The notes under the pieces: model-generated | Databases searched by the model: none | What the model was told of the DNA's origin: nothing | What the model saw: the letters and a program-made list of their open reading frames with translations, nothing else | Translations under genes and position numbers: made by a program | Shown here: positions 24,387 to 32,684 of the stretch, in pieces | Position numbering within the stretch: the stretch's first letter is position 1 | Layout of the letters: each line of letters begins with the position of its first letter | Origin: Anaerolineaceae bacterium | Lineage (GTDB): Bacteria > Chloroflexota > Anaerolineae > Anaerolineales > Anaerolineaceae | Assembly (NCBI GenBank): GCA_041655815.1 | Contig: JBBAES010000001.1 | Span: 1-36,189 of the forward strand | DNA: 36,189 nt | Direction: 5' to 3'

Positions 24387-26374
24387 TGAAAACTGTTGAT
24401 GTATTACTGACAAACGCGTTAGTTTTGACAATGGATTCAGCGTACCGAATCCATGAACCGGGGGCTGTCGCCATTCTGGGTGATCAAATTGTTGAAGCCG
24501 GTAGGCAAACCTCCATGCTTGAAAAATATCAAGCCGCGGAGGTCATCGATTGTGGCGGCAAAGTCCTGATGCCCGGTCTGGTCAACACTCACACCCACGT
24601 CCCTATGACGCTGCTACGCGGGTTATCGGACGATTTGCGCCTTGATGTCTGGCTGATGGGTTACATGATGCCGGTCGAGAGAGAATTTGTCTCACCTGAA
24701 TTTGTTCGCCTGGGCACCAAACTTGCCTGCGCCGAACTGATTCGGTCCGGCGTTACTACCTTCAACGACATGTACTATTTTGAAGACGACGTCGCTGAGG
24801 CAACTGCTGAAGCAGGGATGCGTGCGGTTGTAGGTCAGACTGTTATGAAATTCCCTACTCCCGACGCTGCCTCTTACGAGGAAGCGCTCGACCGCTGCCG
24901 CGATCTGATCGATAAATGGAAAGGTCACCCGTTGATCGTCCCCGCTATCGCGCCACACGCCGTTTATACCTGCACTCCGGATGTTCTTACTGCTTGTGTT
25001 GAATTGGCTAAAGCGACCGACACCATCGTGCATTTCCATGTCGCTGAAACGGCGGAGGAAGTAGAAACTATACGCAACGAACACGGAATTCCGGTGGTTC
25101 CGTACATCAGAAAATTTGGAATGCTTGAAACGCGTTTGATTGCCGCTCATTGTGTGCATATCGATCGCGGCGAAATGCGCTCTTTGATGCATGCCAACGC
25201 CGGTATCGCCCATAATCCTTCCTCCAACCTGAAACTGGCTTCCGGCTTTGCGCCTGTTGCCAGGATGATGGAGATTGGTTGCAATGTTGGGATCGGCACA
25301 GACGGAACCGGCTCTAATAATGACCTCGATTTCTTTGAGGAAATCAGGCTTGCTAGTATGATCGCAAAACCGGTGGCCGAAGACCCCACTGCACTTCCAG
25401 CTAAACAAGTTTTGTCAATGGCAACCATCATCGGAGCAAAGTCAATTCACATGGATAACCTCATTGGCAGTCTTGAACCAGGAAAACGTGCCGATCTGAT
25501 TTTGGTGGACCTGAGCCCTGTTCACAATCAACCCCGATTCCGTCGCGATCCTGAAGCCGTCTACGCGCAGATTATCTATGCTGCCAAATCAACTGACGTG
25601 ACAGACGTGATGGTAAATGGACAGTGGTTGATGCGGGACCGGCAGCTGACCACGCTTAACGAAGCGGAGCTGATCGGCGAAGCTCAAACCTTGGCAGGGA
25701 AAATCGACGAATTCCTGTTGGGTCGCGAAGAATCGGTTTACTCTAAACTGATCGCGATTGGTGGCGCGGCAGAAGAAGAGAGTTTTGAGGTTCAGGCTAA
25801 GGTACGTATCGATGATAGAAGTGCCATAATCGACACCATACACAGCCACAGGATCAAGATCCTCAGGAAGCGCCATTACCACGAATACGACACCTATTTT
25901 AGCTTTGAGGACGAGAACCGGGGGCGCCTCCGCTATCGCGAAGATGAGTTCCTGGATGATAAGGGCGAAACTCTCACAGTTCGTTCCCGCTTGACTTTGC
26001 TTGGTGAACGCATGGATGAAGATAACCAAAACGCGCAAAATATTTTGCTTTCGCGTACGCGTTATTATGCCCCCGCGACCCACAGCTTGCGCTTCTATAC
26101 CGAATATTTTAAGCCAGCTAAATCGATTGAGATTGAAAAAGACCGGTTACGCTATTTAATCGAATTTGAAGGAACTGAGTTCTTTATCAATCTTGACACA
26201 CTGATAAAACCCGAATTAGGTAAATTCCTTGAAATCAAGAGCCGCACCTGGAGCCGTGAAGATGCTGATCTGAAATCCGCTTTGATCGAGGATCTTTTCA
26301 AACAACTGGGGATTGAAAACCCGGATGTTGTCACGGAAGATTATCTGGAGATGGCAGAAAAACGATTCAAATAA
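24386..26374 (+). CDS. mtaD: Fusion protein: MTA/SAH-deaminase-type amidohydrolase (about 24386..25720) plus C-terminal CYTH / class IV adenylate cyclase-like domain (about 25780..26374)
   Basis: ATG 24386 overlaps the cinA TGA (TGATG).
- N-terminal part: LMPGLVNTHTHVPMTLLRGLSDDLRLDVWL, HFHVAE, AAHCVH and GTDG, which is the amidohydrolase metal-ligand set.
- C-terminal part: FEVQAKVRI...HEYDTYF...RLRYRE...KDRLRYLIEFEGTEFFINLDTLIKPELGKFLEIK, which aligns by eye to CyaB-type CYTH domains. Confidence 0.85.
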   Translation: MKTVDVLLTNALVLTMDSAYRIHEPGAVAILGDQIVEAGRQTSMLEKYQAAEVIDCGGKVLMPGLVNTHTHVPMTLLRGLSDDLRLDVWLMGYMMPVEREFVSPEFVRLGTKLACAELIRSGVTTFNDMYYFEDDVAEATAEAGMRAVVGQTVMKFPTPDAASYEEALDRCRDLIDKWKGHPLIVPAIAPHAVYTCTPDVLTACVELAKATDTIVHFHVAETAEEVETIRNEHGIPVVPYIRKFGMLETRLIAAHCVHIDRGEMRSLMHANAGIAHNPSSNLKLASGFAPVARMMEIGCNVGIGTDGTGSNNDLDFFEEIRLASMIAKPVAEDPTALPAKQVLSMATIIGAKSIHMDNLIGSLEPGKRADLILVDLSPVHNQPRFRRDPEAVYAQIIYAAKSTDVTDVMVNGQWLMRDRQLTTLNEAELIGEAQTLAGKIDEFLLGREESVYSKLIAIGGAAEEESFEVQAKVRIDDRSAIIDTIHSHRIKILRKRHYHEYDTYFSFEDENRGRLRYREDEFLDDKGETLTVRSRLTLLGERMDEDNQNAQNILLSRTRYYAPATHSLRFYTEYFKPAKSIEIEKDRLRYLIEFEGTEFFINLDTLIKPELGKFLEIKSRTWSREDADLKSALIEDLFKQLGIENPDVVTEDYLEMAEKRFK

Positions 26375-26387
26375 AGCAGAGGCAGGA

Positions 26388-27836
26388 ATGACAGAAGATA
26401 TCAAAAAACTTAAGGTACTATTTGCCACCGCCGAAGCGGCACCCTTTGCCAAAGTTGGTGGCTTAGGTGATGTCGCCGGTGCATTGCCTGGCTCTCTGCT
26501 TCGTAACTTTCCAAATGAGATCGATATTCGTATTATTATGCCTTTTCATGCAGCGGTTAAAGCAAAAAACCCACCCATGAAAAAGATCGGTGATTTTTCC
26601 TTCAGCGCTAACACCCGCCTTATAGAATGTCAGCTGTTTATCTCTGATATCGACGGTGTGCCTGTCTATCTGATCGACAATCCCGAGATAAATCACGATT
26701 CACCCGTCTATCATGGAGACTGGCAATTAGACGGACTCAAATATGCCAGTTTCTCTCTGGCCTTGCTTGAAGCGCTTCGCTATCTGAACTGGAACATCGA
26801 CATTCTGCACGCCAATGACTGGCATACCGCCCTGGCTGTTTACGCTTTGACAACTACTTACAAAGATGATCCCTTCTTTAGCGGTATAAAAACCGTCCTT
26901 TCGATCCACAATCTGCCGTATAACGGTTGGGGGTCGCAAGATGCCATGAGCATGCTTGGCTTCACCGCCAGCGCGGACGCCGACTTGCCCGACTGGGCAA
27001 AGTTCACTCCTTTGCCGATGGGTATCTCGGCAACCGACAGGATCATTACAGTATCACCCGGTTATGCACGCGAGATTCTCACACCAGAATACGGATGCGG
27101 AATGGAAGCTTACCTCCAAAAACATTCCGATAAAGTATCCGGGATTTTGAACGGAATCGACGAGTCACGCTGGGATCCTGCTGAAGATGAGACTCTTTCA
27201 TATAACTTTTCAGTAGAAAATTTATCGCAGCGAGTCAATAACAAACTTGACTTTCAGCGAGCGCTCAATTTCAATGTGGATGAAACCATTCCGCTTCTGA
27301 CCGTCGTCACCCGTCTCTCAGAGCAAAAAGGAGTGCCGGCAATTTTGGAAGCGCTGCCCCGCCTGATTGACCGTCAGTGGCAGTTCGCGCTTTTGGGTAC
27401 GGGCAGCCCCGAATTGGAAACGTCGGTCCGCCAACTTGCCAGAGCTCATCCTGAACGGGTTGCCGCTTTTATAAAATATGATGACGTCATCGCCCGCATG
27501 CTTTATGCCTCAGGTGATATCTTCCTGATGCCCTCACTTTATGAACCCTGCGGTCTTTCGCAAATGTTCGCGATGAGGTATGGCAACTTACCCGTCGCGA
27601 CTGCCACAGGCGGTCTTGCGGACTCAATCCGTGATTATTCTGCCGACCCACAAACTGCTACAGGCTTCCTTTACTCTCAGAAAACTACAGCGGGTTTGAT
27701 CCAGGCTGTTAATTTAGCACTGGATGTCTTCCAGGATAAAAATGCCTGGCGAATAATGCAAACTAACGCTATGACAACTGACTTCTCCTGGGCAACTTCT
27801 GCCAGGAATTACCTGGACATTTACAAGTCACTTTAA
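26388..27836 (+). CDS. glgA: Glycogen (starch) synthase
   Basis: The ATG at 26388 with a GAGG/AGGA RBS is preferred over the track's 26313. KVLFATAEAAPFAKVGGLGDVAGALP N-terminal signature. C-terminal PSLYEPCGLSQM. Confidence 0.93.
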   Translation: MTEDIKKLKVLFATAEAAPFAKVGGLGDVAGALPGSLLRNFPNEIDIRIIMPFHAAVKAKNPPMKKIGDFSFSANTRLIECQLFISDIDGVPVYLIDNPEINHDSPVYHGDWQLDGLKYASFSLALLEALRYLNWNIDILHANDWHTALAVYALTTTYKDDPFFSGIKTVLSIHNLPYNGWGSQDAMSMLGFTASADADLPDWAKFTPLPMGISATDRIITVSPGYAREILTPEYGCGMEAYLQKHSDKVSGILNGIDESRWDPAEDETLSYNFSVENLSQRVNNKLDFQRALNFNVDETIPLLTVVTRLSEQKGVPAILEALPRLIDRQWQFALLGTGSPELETSVRQLARAHPERVAAFIKYDDVIARMLYASGDIFLMPSLYEPCGLSQMFAMRYGNLPVATATGGLADSIRDYSADPQTATGFLYSQKTTAGLIQAVNLALDVFQDKNAWRIMQTNAMTTDFSWATSARNYLDIYKSL

Positions 27837-27851
27837 ATAAGGACATTATTT

Positions 27852-29414
27852 ATGCAATCAGATAGAAAATCCGGTATTTTGCTCCACCCTACTGCCTTGC
27901 CCGGGCCCGATGGCATTGGCGATCTTGGACCTGAAGCGTACCGCTGGGTCGATTTCCTGAGCAGAAGTGGTACACAAATGTGGCAGATCCTGCCTCTGGG
28001 ACCAACTGGTTATGGCGATTCCCCTTACCAATGTTTCTCGGCTTTTGCTGGCAACCCCTTCTTGGTCAGCCCAATTCTGCTTCTGGAAGACGGGCTGCTT
28101 ACCAGTGCTGACCTGAAAGAACGCCCCTCATTTCCAATTGAAGAAGTTGATTACGGTTTGGCAATCGATTGGAAAACCCACTTGTTGAACACAGCCTTCG
28201 ATGCCTTTACGAAAAAAAGCACGCCTAGCCTTGCAGTGGAATTTGAACAATTTTGTGAAAACAAGAAATCCTGGCTTGAAGATTACGCCCTGTTTATGGC
28301 AATCAAGGAAATCCAACAATTGCACCCCTGGGTGGATTGGCCTGCGCCTCTCAAGACGAGGGAACCAGAAGCAATCGATGGGGCAAAATCCATGCTCGCC
28401 GATAAGATTAGGAAACACAAGTTCAACCAGTTTCTTTTCTTCAGACAATGGTTGCGCCTCAAAACCTTCGCGCAAGAAAAAAAGGTTCAAATCATCGGCG
28501 ACATGCCCTTTGTAATCTCGATGGATAGCTCTGATGTCTGGGCGAGACCTCAGTTGTTTTTACTCGATGGACAGTTGAACCCAACCTTTGTTGCTGGCGT
28601 ACCCCCGGATTACTTTTCTGTTACCGGTCAACTGTGGGGCAACCCACTGTATAACTGGGAAGTGCACCTGTCCACGAATTTTGAATGGTGGGTTTCGCGA
28701 CTTGAAGCAACCCTCGAATTGGTGGATATAGTCCGTCTGGACCACTTCAGAGGTTTTGCGGCTGCCTGGCACGTTCCTTATGGAAATACCACCGCCATTG
28801 AAGGACAATGGATCTCCGGACCCGCTGTTGAATTGTTTAACGAATTAAAACGAAATTTTCCCAGCCTGCCAATCATTGCCGAAGACCTGGGTGTCATCAC
28901 TGAAGATGTCGAATCGTTGCGGGAGGACTTCGGGCTGCCCGGTATGAAGATTCTTCAATTTGGTTTCACAGGAGACCCCGAAGACGACTTTCTTCCCCAT
29001 CACTATCCAGTTCACTGCTTTGCTTACACAGGCTCTCACGATAACAACACAGCACGAGGCTGGTACGATGACGCCAGTGAGTTGGAACAGCAATTTTGCC
29101 GTGATTATCTGCATTTCGAACAGCCGGATGAGGTCGCGGAAGCCATGATCAGGGCAATCTGGCAATCGGTGGCCCGCTACGCGGTCACACCTATTCAGGA
29201 TTTCCTTGGGTCGGGCTCACCTACCAGGTTCAACCTGCCGGGTACGACCTCGGGAAACTGGAAGTGGAGAATGGCACCTGATGTACTGACATCCGCCTTG
29301 AACACCAAAATCCGCAAGATGAACTTACTTTACAGCCGCTTATCAGCGGAAGAGAAAGCTCGTTACACCCAGTGGCTCAATGCGCGCCTGGGTGACGCGG
29401 TCAAGCCTCATTAG
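27852..29414 (+). CDS. malQ: 4-alpha-glucanotransferase (amylomaltase, GH77)
   Basis: RKSGILLHPTALPGPDGIGDLGPEAYRWVDFL...GYGDSPYQCFSAFAGNP...VRLDHFRGF...YTGSHDN. Confidence 0.93.
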   Translation: MQSDRKSGILLHPTALPGPDGIGDLGPEAYRWVDFLSRSGTQMWQILPLGPTGYGDSPYQCFSAFAGNPFLVSPILLLEDGLLTSADLKERPSFPIEEVDYGLAIDWKTHLLNTAFDAFTKKSTPSLAVEFEQFCENKKSWLEDYALFMAIKEIQQLHPWVDWPAPLKTREPEAIDGAKSMLADKIRKHKFNQFLFFRQWLRLKTFAQEKKVQIIGDMPFVISMDSSDVWARPQLFLLDGQLNPTFVAGVPPDYFSVTGQLWGNPLYNWEVHLSTNFEWWVSRLEATLELVDIVRLDHFRGFAAAWHVPYGNTTAIEGQWISGPAVELFNELKRNFPSLPIIAEDLGVITEDVESLREDFGLPGMKILQFGFTGDPEDDFLPHHYPVHCFAYTGSHDNNTARGWYDDASELEQQFCRDYLHFEQPDEVAEAMIRAIWQSVARYAVTPIQDFLGSGSPTRFNLPGTTSGNWKWRMAPDVLTSALNTKIRKMNLLYSRLSAEEKARYTQWLNARLGDAVKPH

Positions 29415-30297
29415 AGTGAGCGCTTAACGCGATAAATAAACCAATCAATATCAGTATGCCGCCAGCAATTTCGACCGCTGTCGGCAATTCTTTTAAGAAG
29501 AGGATCACAAGGATACTCGAGCCAATCGGTTCGAAGAGCAGCGCCAACGAGACTGTTCTGGCCGGTAGTAGTTTCAGAGCCTTGTTCAGCGAGGTATGTC
29601 CCAGAGTTTGTGGTATCAGTGCCATCAGCAAGAAGTAAAGATAGACTTTGGGTGGATAAGTTTGGTAGCCTGTTTCGATCACCAGAAGTAAAACCCCCAA
29701 CACTACGGCCGCAACCGAATAAACAGCACTGACATAAAGTTCCGTAGACATTTTGTCTGCAAGCTTTCTACCAACTAACAGGTATCCAGCCACCATCCAC
29801 GCGCTCAGGAGCGCAGTAAATAAACCCGGTAGTGTGCTCTTTTCTGAATTGCTATTTCCCAGAATCGCAATTAAGATTCCGCCAACCAAAGCGAAAAGGA
29901 CGCCCGAGAAAAAGCGTTTTGGTACTTTTTCCTTGAGGATCAAGGGCGAAAGCAATCCCACCCACAAGGGCGAAGTGGTCGTGAAAATGACCGAACTGTT
30001 GACAGAGACCAGATCCAATGACCAGGTCCAAAGGGCGAAATGAGCGGCCAGGAGGACACCAGACAACAGCAACAAACCTATCCATTCCCGCTTAAATTTC
30101 AGCCGCTGACCTCGGTTTGAGATCACCAGAACAAGGATAGCGATAATTGCTGAGAAAAACAGACGATAAAAAGCCACAGCGAGAGGGCTGGCAAACGGCA
30201 AGGCCAGTTTGATCAGGATGGCAGCGGTCGATACCGCAAGTATCCCAACGATCAAAAGGAGATTAGGTGAATTTTTACGATCAGTCTTGTCTGTCAT
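29401..30297 (-). CDS. EamA/DMT-family transporter
   Basis: 298 aa, about 10 TM segments, two EamA-like halves. No recognisable SD. The ATG lies 3 nt after the U-tract of the ppgK terminator. Confidence 0.8.
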   Translation of the reverse strand: MTDKTDRKNSPNLLLIVGILAVSTAAILIKLALPFASPLAVAFYRLFFSAIIAILVLVISNRGQRLKFKREWIGLLLLSGVLLAAHFALWTWSLDLVSVNSSVIFTTTSPLWVGLLSPLILKEKVPKRFFSGVLFALVGGILIAILGNSNSEKSTLPGLFTALLSAWMVAGYLLVGRKLADKMSTELYVSAVYSVAAVVLGVLLLVIETGYQTYPPKVYLYFLLMALIPQTLGHTSLNKALKLLPARTVSLALLFEPIGSSILVILFLKELPTAVEIAGGILILIGLFIALSAHSNEA

Positions 30298-30300
30298 GGT

Positions 30301-30329
30301 AAAAAAGCAGGTATTATGGCAATACCTGC
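30301..30329 (-). terminator. Intrinsic terminator after ppgK
   Basis: Minus strand GCAGGUAUU-GCCAU-AAUACCUGC (9-bp perfect stem) followed by U6 (30306..30301). Confidence 0.7.
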
Positions 30330-30352
30330 ATAAAGTTCATAAAAAAGTGTTA

Positions 30353-31096
30353 TCAACCCAATTTTTCCTGCGCTGTTACAGCCGCACCGATGATGCCAGC
30401 CCGATTTTCCAGTTTCGCAGGGATGACTTTGGTCTTGATAGTGAAATATTTGGAATATTTGTCAAACAGCGCGCTGATGCCGCCACCCAGAATGAAAAGA
30501 TCAGGGTTGAGCAGAAATTCGTAGGCTTTCAACGATTCGTCAAAGCGCAAGGCCCATTGCTTCCAGGTTAATTTTTCGCGTGTCTTGACTGCCGCTGATG
30601 AGTATTGTTCAGCAGTTTGTTTGCCAATAAGCATGTGCCCCAGTTCTGTGTTTCGAAGCAGATTGCCATCTACAAACAAAGCGGTCCCAAGCCCCGTCCC
30701 CAGTGTCAGGAACATGACCACAGCTGCGCTGCGGGCTTCTTCGGAGCCAAAACGCATTTCCGCCATGCCGGCAGCGTCGGCGTCATTGAGAATGAAAGCT
30801 TTGTTGCCTGTCTCGGTTTCAATCATTTTCGCAAGGTTTGCGCCTACCCAATCTTTATGCAGGTTGACAGACGTCCCGATTACGCCATCTTTAACGATGC
30901 CCGGAAAACCCGCGCCGATAATTCCAGAATAATCCAATTTCTTGGCGATTTTTTTAATCGAGGCAACAATTTCCCTAGGTTTATTGGCTTTGCTGTTCTT
31001 GAATCGGATACGTTCAGACGCGAACTTTCCGGTTTCAACATCTACCAAGGCCCCTTTGGTTGCAGATCCACCAATATCGATACCCAATACGACCAT
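30353..31096 (-). CDS. ppgK: Polyphosphate glucokinase (ROK family)
   Basis: I prefer ATG 31096 (AGGAGG 4 nt upstream) over the track's GTG at 31114. VLGIDIGGSATKGALVD...ILNDADAAGMAE...LTLGTGLGTALF...TELGH...LFILGGGIS aligns well by eye with mycobacterial PpgK. Confidence 0.88.
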   Translation of the reverse strand: MVVLGIDIGGSATKGALVDVETGKFASERIRFKNSKANKPREIVASIKKIAKKLDYSGIIGAGFPGIVKDGVIGTSVNLHKDWVGANLAKMIETETGNKAFILNDADAAGMAEMRFGSEEARSAAVVMFLTLGTGLGTALFVDGNLLRNTELGHMLIGKQTAEQYSSAAVKTREKLTWKQWALRFDESLKAYEFLLNPDLFILGGGISALFDKYSKYFTIKTKVIPAKLENRAGIIGAAVTAQEKLG

Positions 31097-31106
31097 GATT
31101 CCTCCT

Positions 31107-32267
31107 CTATTCACACCCGTTTGCCAGGTGTTCCTCGTAAGTCACTGCAAAATTGTGTGTCAGACTGCCATCGCATTTCGCCCGGAAGAAATAATATTCA
31201 GTCTGTTCCGGCGTAAACGCGGCAAGTATTGCCTCTCGCCCCGGGTTGCAGATCGGTCCCGGTGGCATGCCCCGAACCCGGTAGGTATTATAGTCGGATT
31301 CTACCGCCAAATCGGCGAAAGTTAGCGGTGATTTCCACCAGGTCTGGCTCGCTGGATCGAAACCGCGCGCGTATTGCACAGTCGGGTCGGTTTCCAGTCT
31401 CATATCAATCGCGAGCCGGTTATAAAAAACAGAGGCGATCGCAGGCATTTCAGCACTGTCCAGTGTTTCCCGCTGAATAATTGAGGCTAACCTGATCAGT
31501 TCGTCGCTTGTCAGGGTTGAACTTTGATTATTGAGTAGCTGGCTGGCCTCCTGAATTACGGATTGGGTTCTGATTACAGCTTCGCGCACAAATTCCTCAA
31601 GCCTTATTGTTGGTTTAAGGCTGTAAATCCCCGGGTGTAAATAGCCTTCCAATGACCTTGAGGTAGTCAAGCCCACTATTTGTTCGATATCTGCAGGTGG
31701 CGAATAGACGAAGCTTAGGAACTGATCTGCTCCAAATTCAAAACCCAGTTGGTCGATCACTACCGCAATTTCTTCCAGCCGCCACCCAGCGAAAATTGTG
31801 AATTGCAAATCTCGATTGGAACCATCAGCGATGATCATGGCCACCTGGATGGCGTTCAAACCACTTTGAATTGTATAGGTTCCCGGACTGAGCGTTCGAT
31901 CCTTGCCTTTATAGGTCAAAAAATCGCAGGTGCCGCTCCCAGAAAAAACTAACTGCTCACGTTCCAGTTTGCTGCAGACATCTCTGGCGCTGTCGCTGTT
32001 GGTAATTGTGAACTTGCGTTCGCTCTGACCGGGAAACGCAACAGGCTGTTGCAATCGGTCCAGATTTGTATAAAGATGAATCGAGTAACGCAGGTTGTTG
32101 AGCAGATTTACATTGCTCCCGGGCGCACCAAGAACCTTACTATTGCTGTATACGATGTACGTCATGCCCACAACCAGCGTCAGTGCCAGCAGAAAGAAGA
32201 TAATCAGCAGAATAGGTGGTTTTCTACGCTTGCCGGTCAAAGCTGCCCGTCTTTCTCGCCACGACAA
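31107..32267 (-). CDS. mltG: Endolytic murein transglycosylase MltG (YceG-like)
   Basis: N-terminal TM anchor and YceG domain (ASIIQRETLDSAEMPAIASVFYNRL...YNTYRVRGMPPGPICNPG...YYFFRA...THNFAVTYEEH). Start uncertain: TTG 32267 or TTG 32240. Confidence 0.9.
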   Translation of the reverse strand: MSWRERRAALTGKRRKPPILLIIFFLLALTLVVGMTYIVYSNSKVLGAPGSNVNLLNNLRYSIHLYTNLDRLQQPVAFPGQSERKFTITNSDSARDVCSKLEREQLVFSGSGTCDFLTYKGKDRTLSPGTYTIQSGLNAIQVAMIIADGSNRDLQFTIFAGWRLEEIAVVIDQLGFEFGADQFLSFVYSPPADIEQIVGLTTSRSLEGYLHPGIYSLKPTIRLEEFVREAVIRTQSVIQEASQLLNNQSSTLTSDELIRLASIIQRETLDSAEMPAIASVFYNRLAIDMRLETDPTVQYARGFDPASQTWWKSPLTFADLAVESDYNTYRVRGMPPGPICNPGREAILAAFTPEQTEYYFFRAKCDGSLTHNFAVTYEEHLANGCE

Positions 32268-32671
32268 CGATTATCAAGGTAATTTTGCAGAATGATTGCC
32301 GCAGCCTGATCGTCCATCGCACTTTTCCGTTTGTGTCTTCCCTCACCCCGATCGATCGAAGCTTGCCGCGCCTGTTGGGTAGAATAGGATTCATCCCAAG
32401 GGATGACCGACAAACCTGTCTGATTGCGAAGTTCTTCGATAAAGCGGTTTACAGACCTTGCCCGAGGACCAACACCGCCATCAGCGTCCAGAGGCAGTCC
32501 AACTACAATCACCTGGCAGCCTTCTCCCTCCGCGATCCGGGAAACATTAAAAGCATCGACTGGACGAGAGATGTGTTTCACAATCTGTAAAGGCCTCGCC
32601 AGCAAACCAGTCGGGTCGCTCACTGCGACACCGATTCTGGCATTACCATGGTCTATTCCTAAAAACTTCAT
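32237..32671 (-). CDS. ruvX: YqgF/RuvX family nuclease (putative pre-16S rRNA nuclease / Holliday junction resolvase-like)
   Basis: MKFLGIDHGNARIGVAVSDPTGLLARPLQIV... The ruvX-mltG adjacency is common in bacteria. Confidence 0.9.
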   Translation of the reverse strand: MKFLGIDHGNARIGVAVSDPTGLLARPLQIVKHISRPVDAFNVSRIAEGEGCQVIVVGLPLDADGGVGPRARSVNRFIEELRNQTGLSVIPWDESYSTQQARQASIDRGEGRHKRKSAMDDQAAAIILQNYLDNRCRGEKDGQL

Positions 32672-32684
32672 GTCAGCTACCAGT

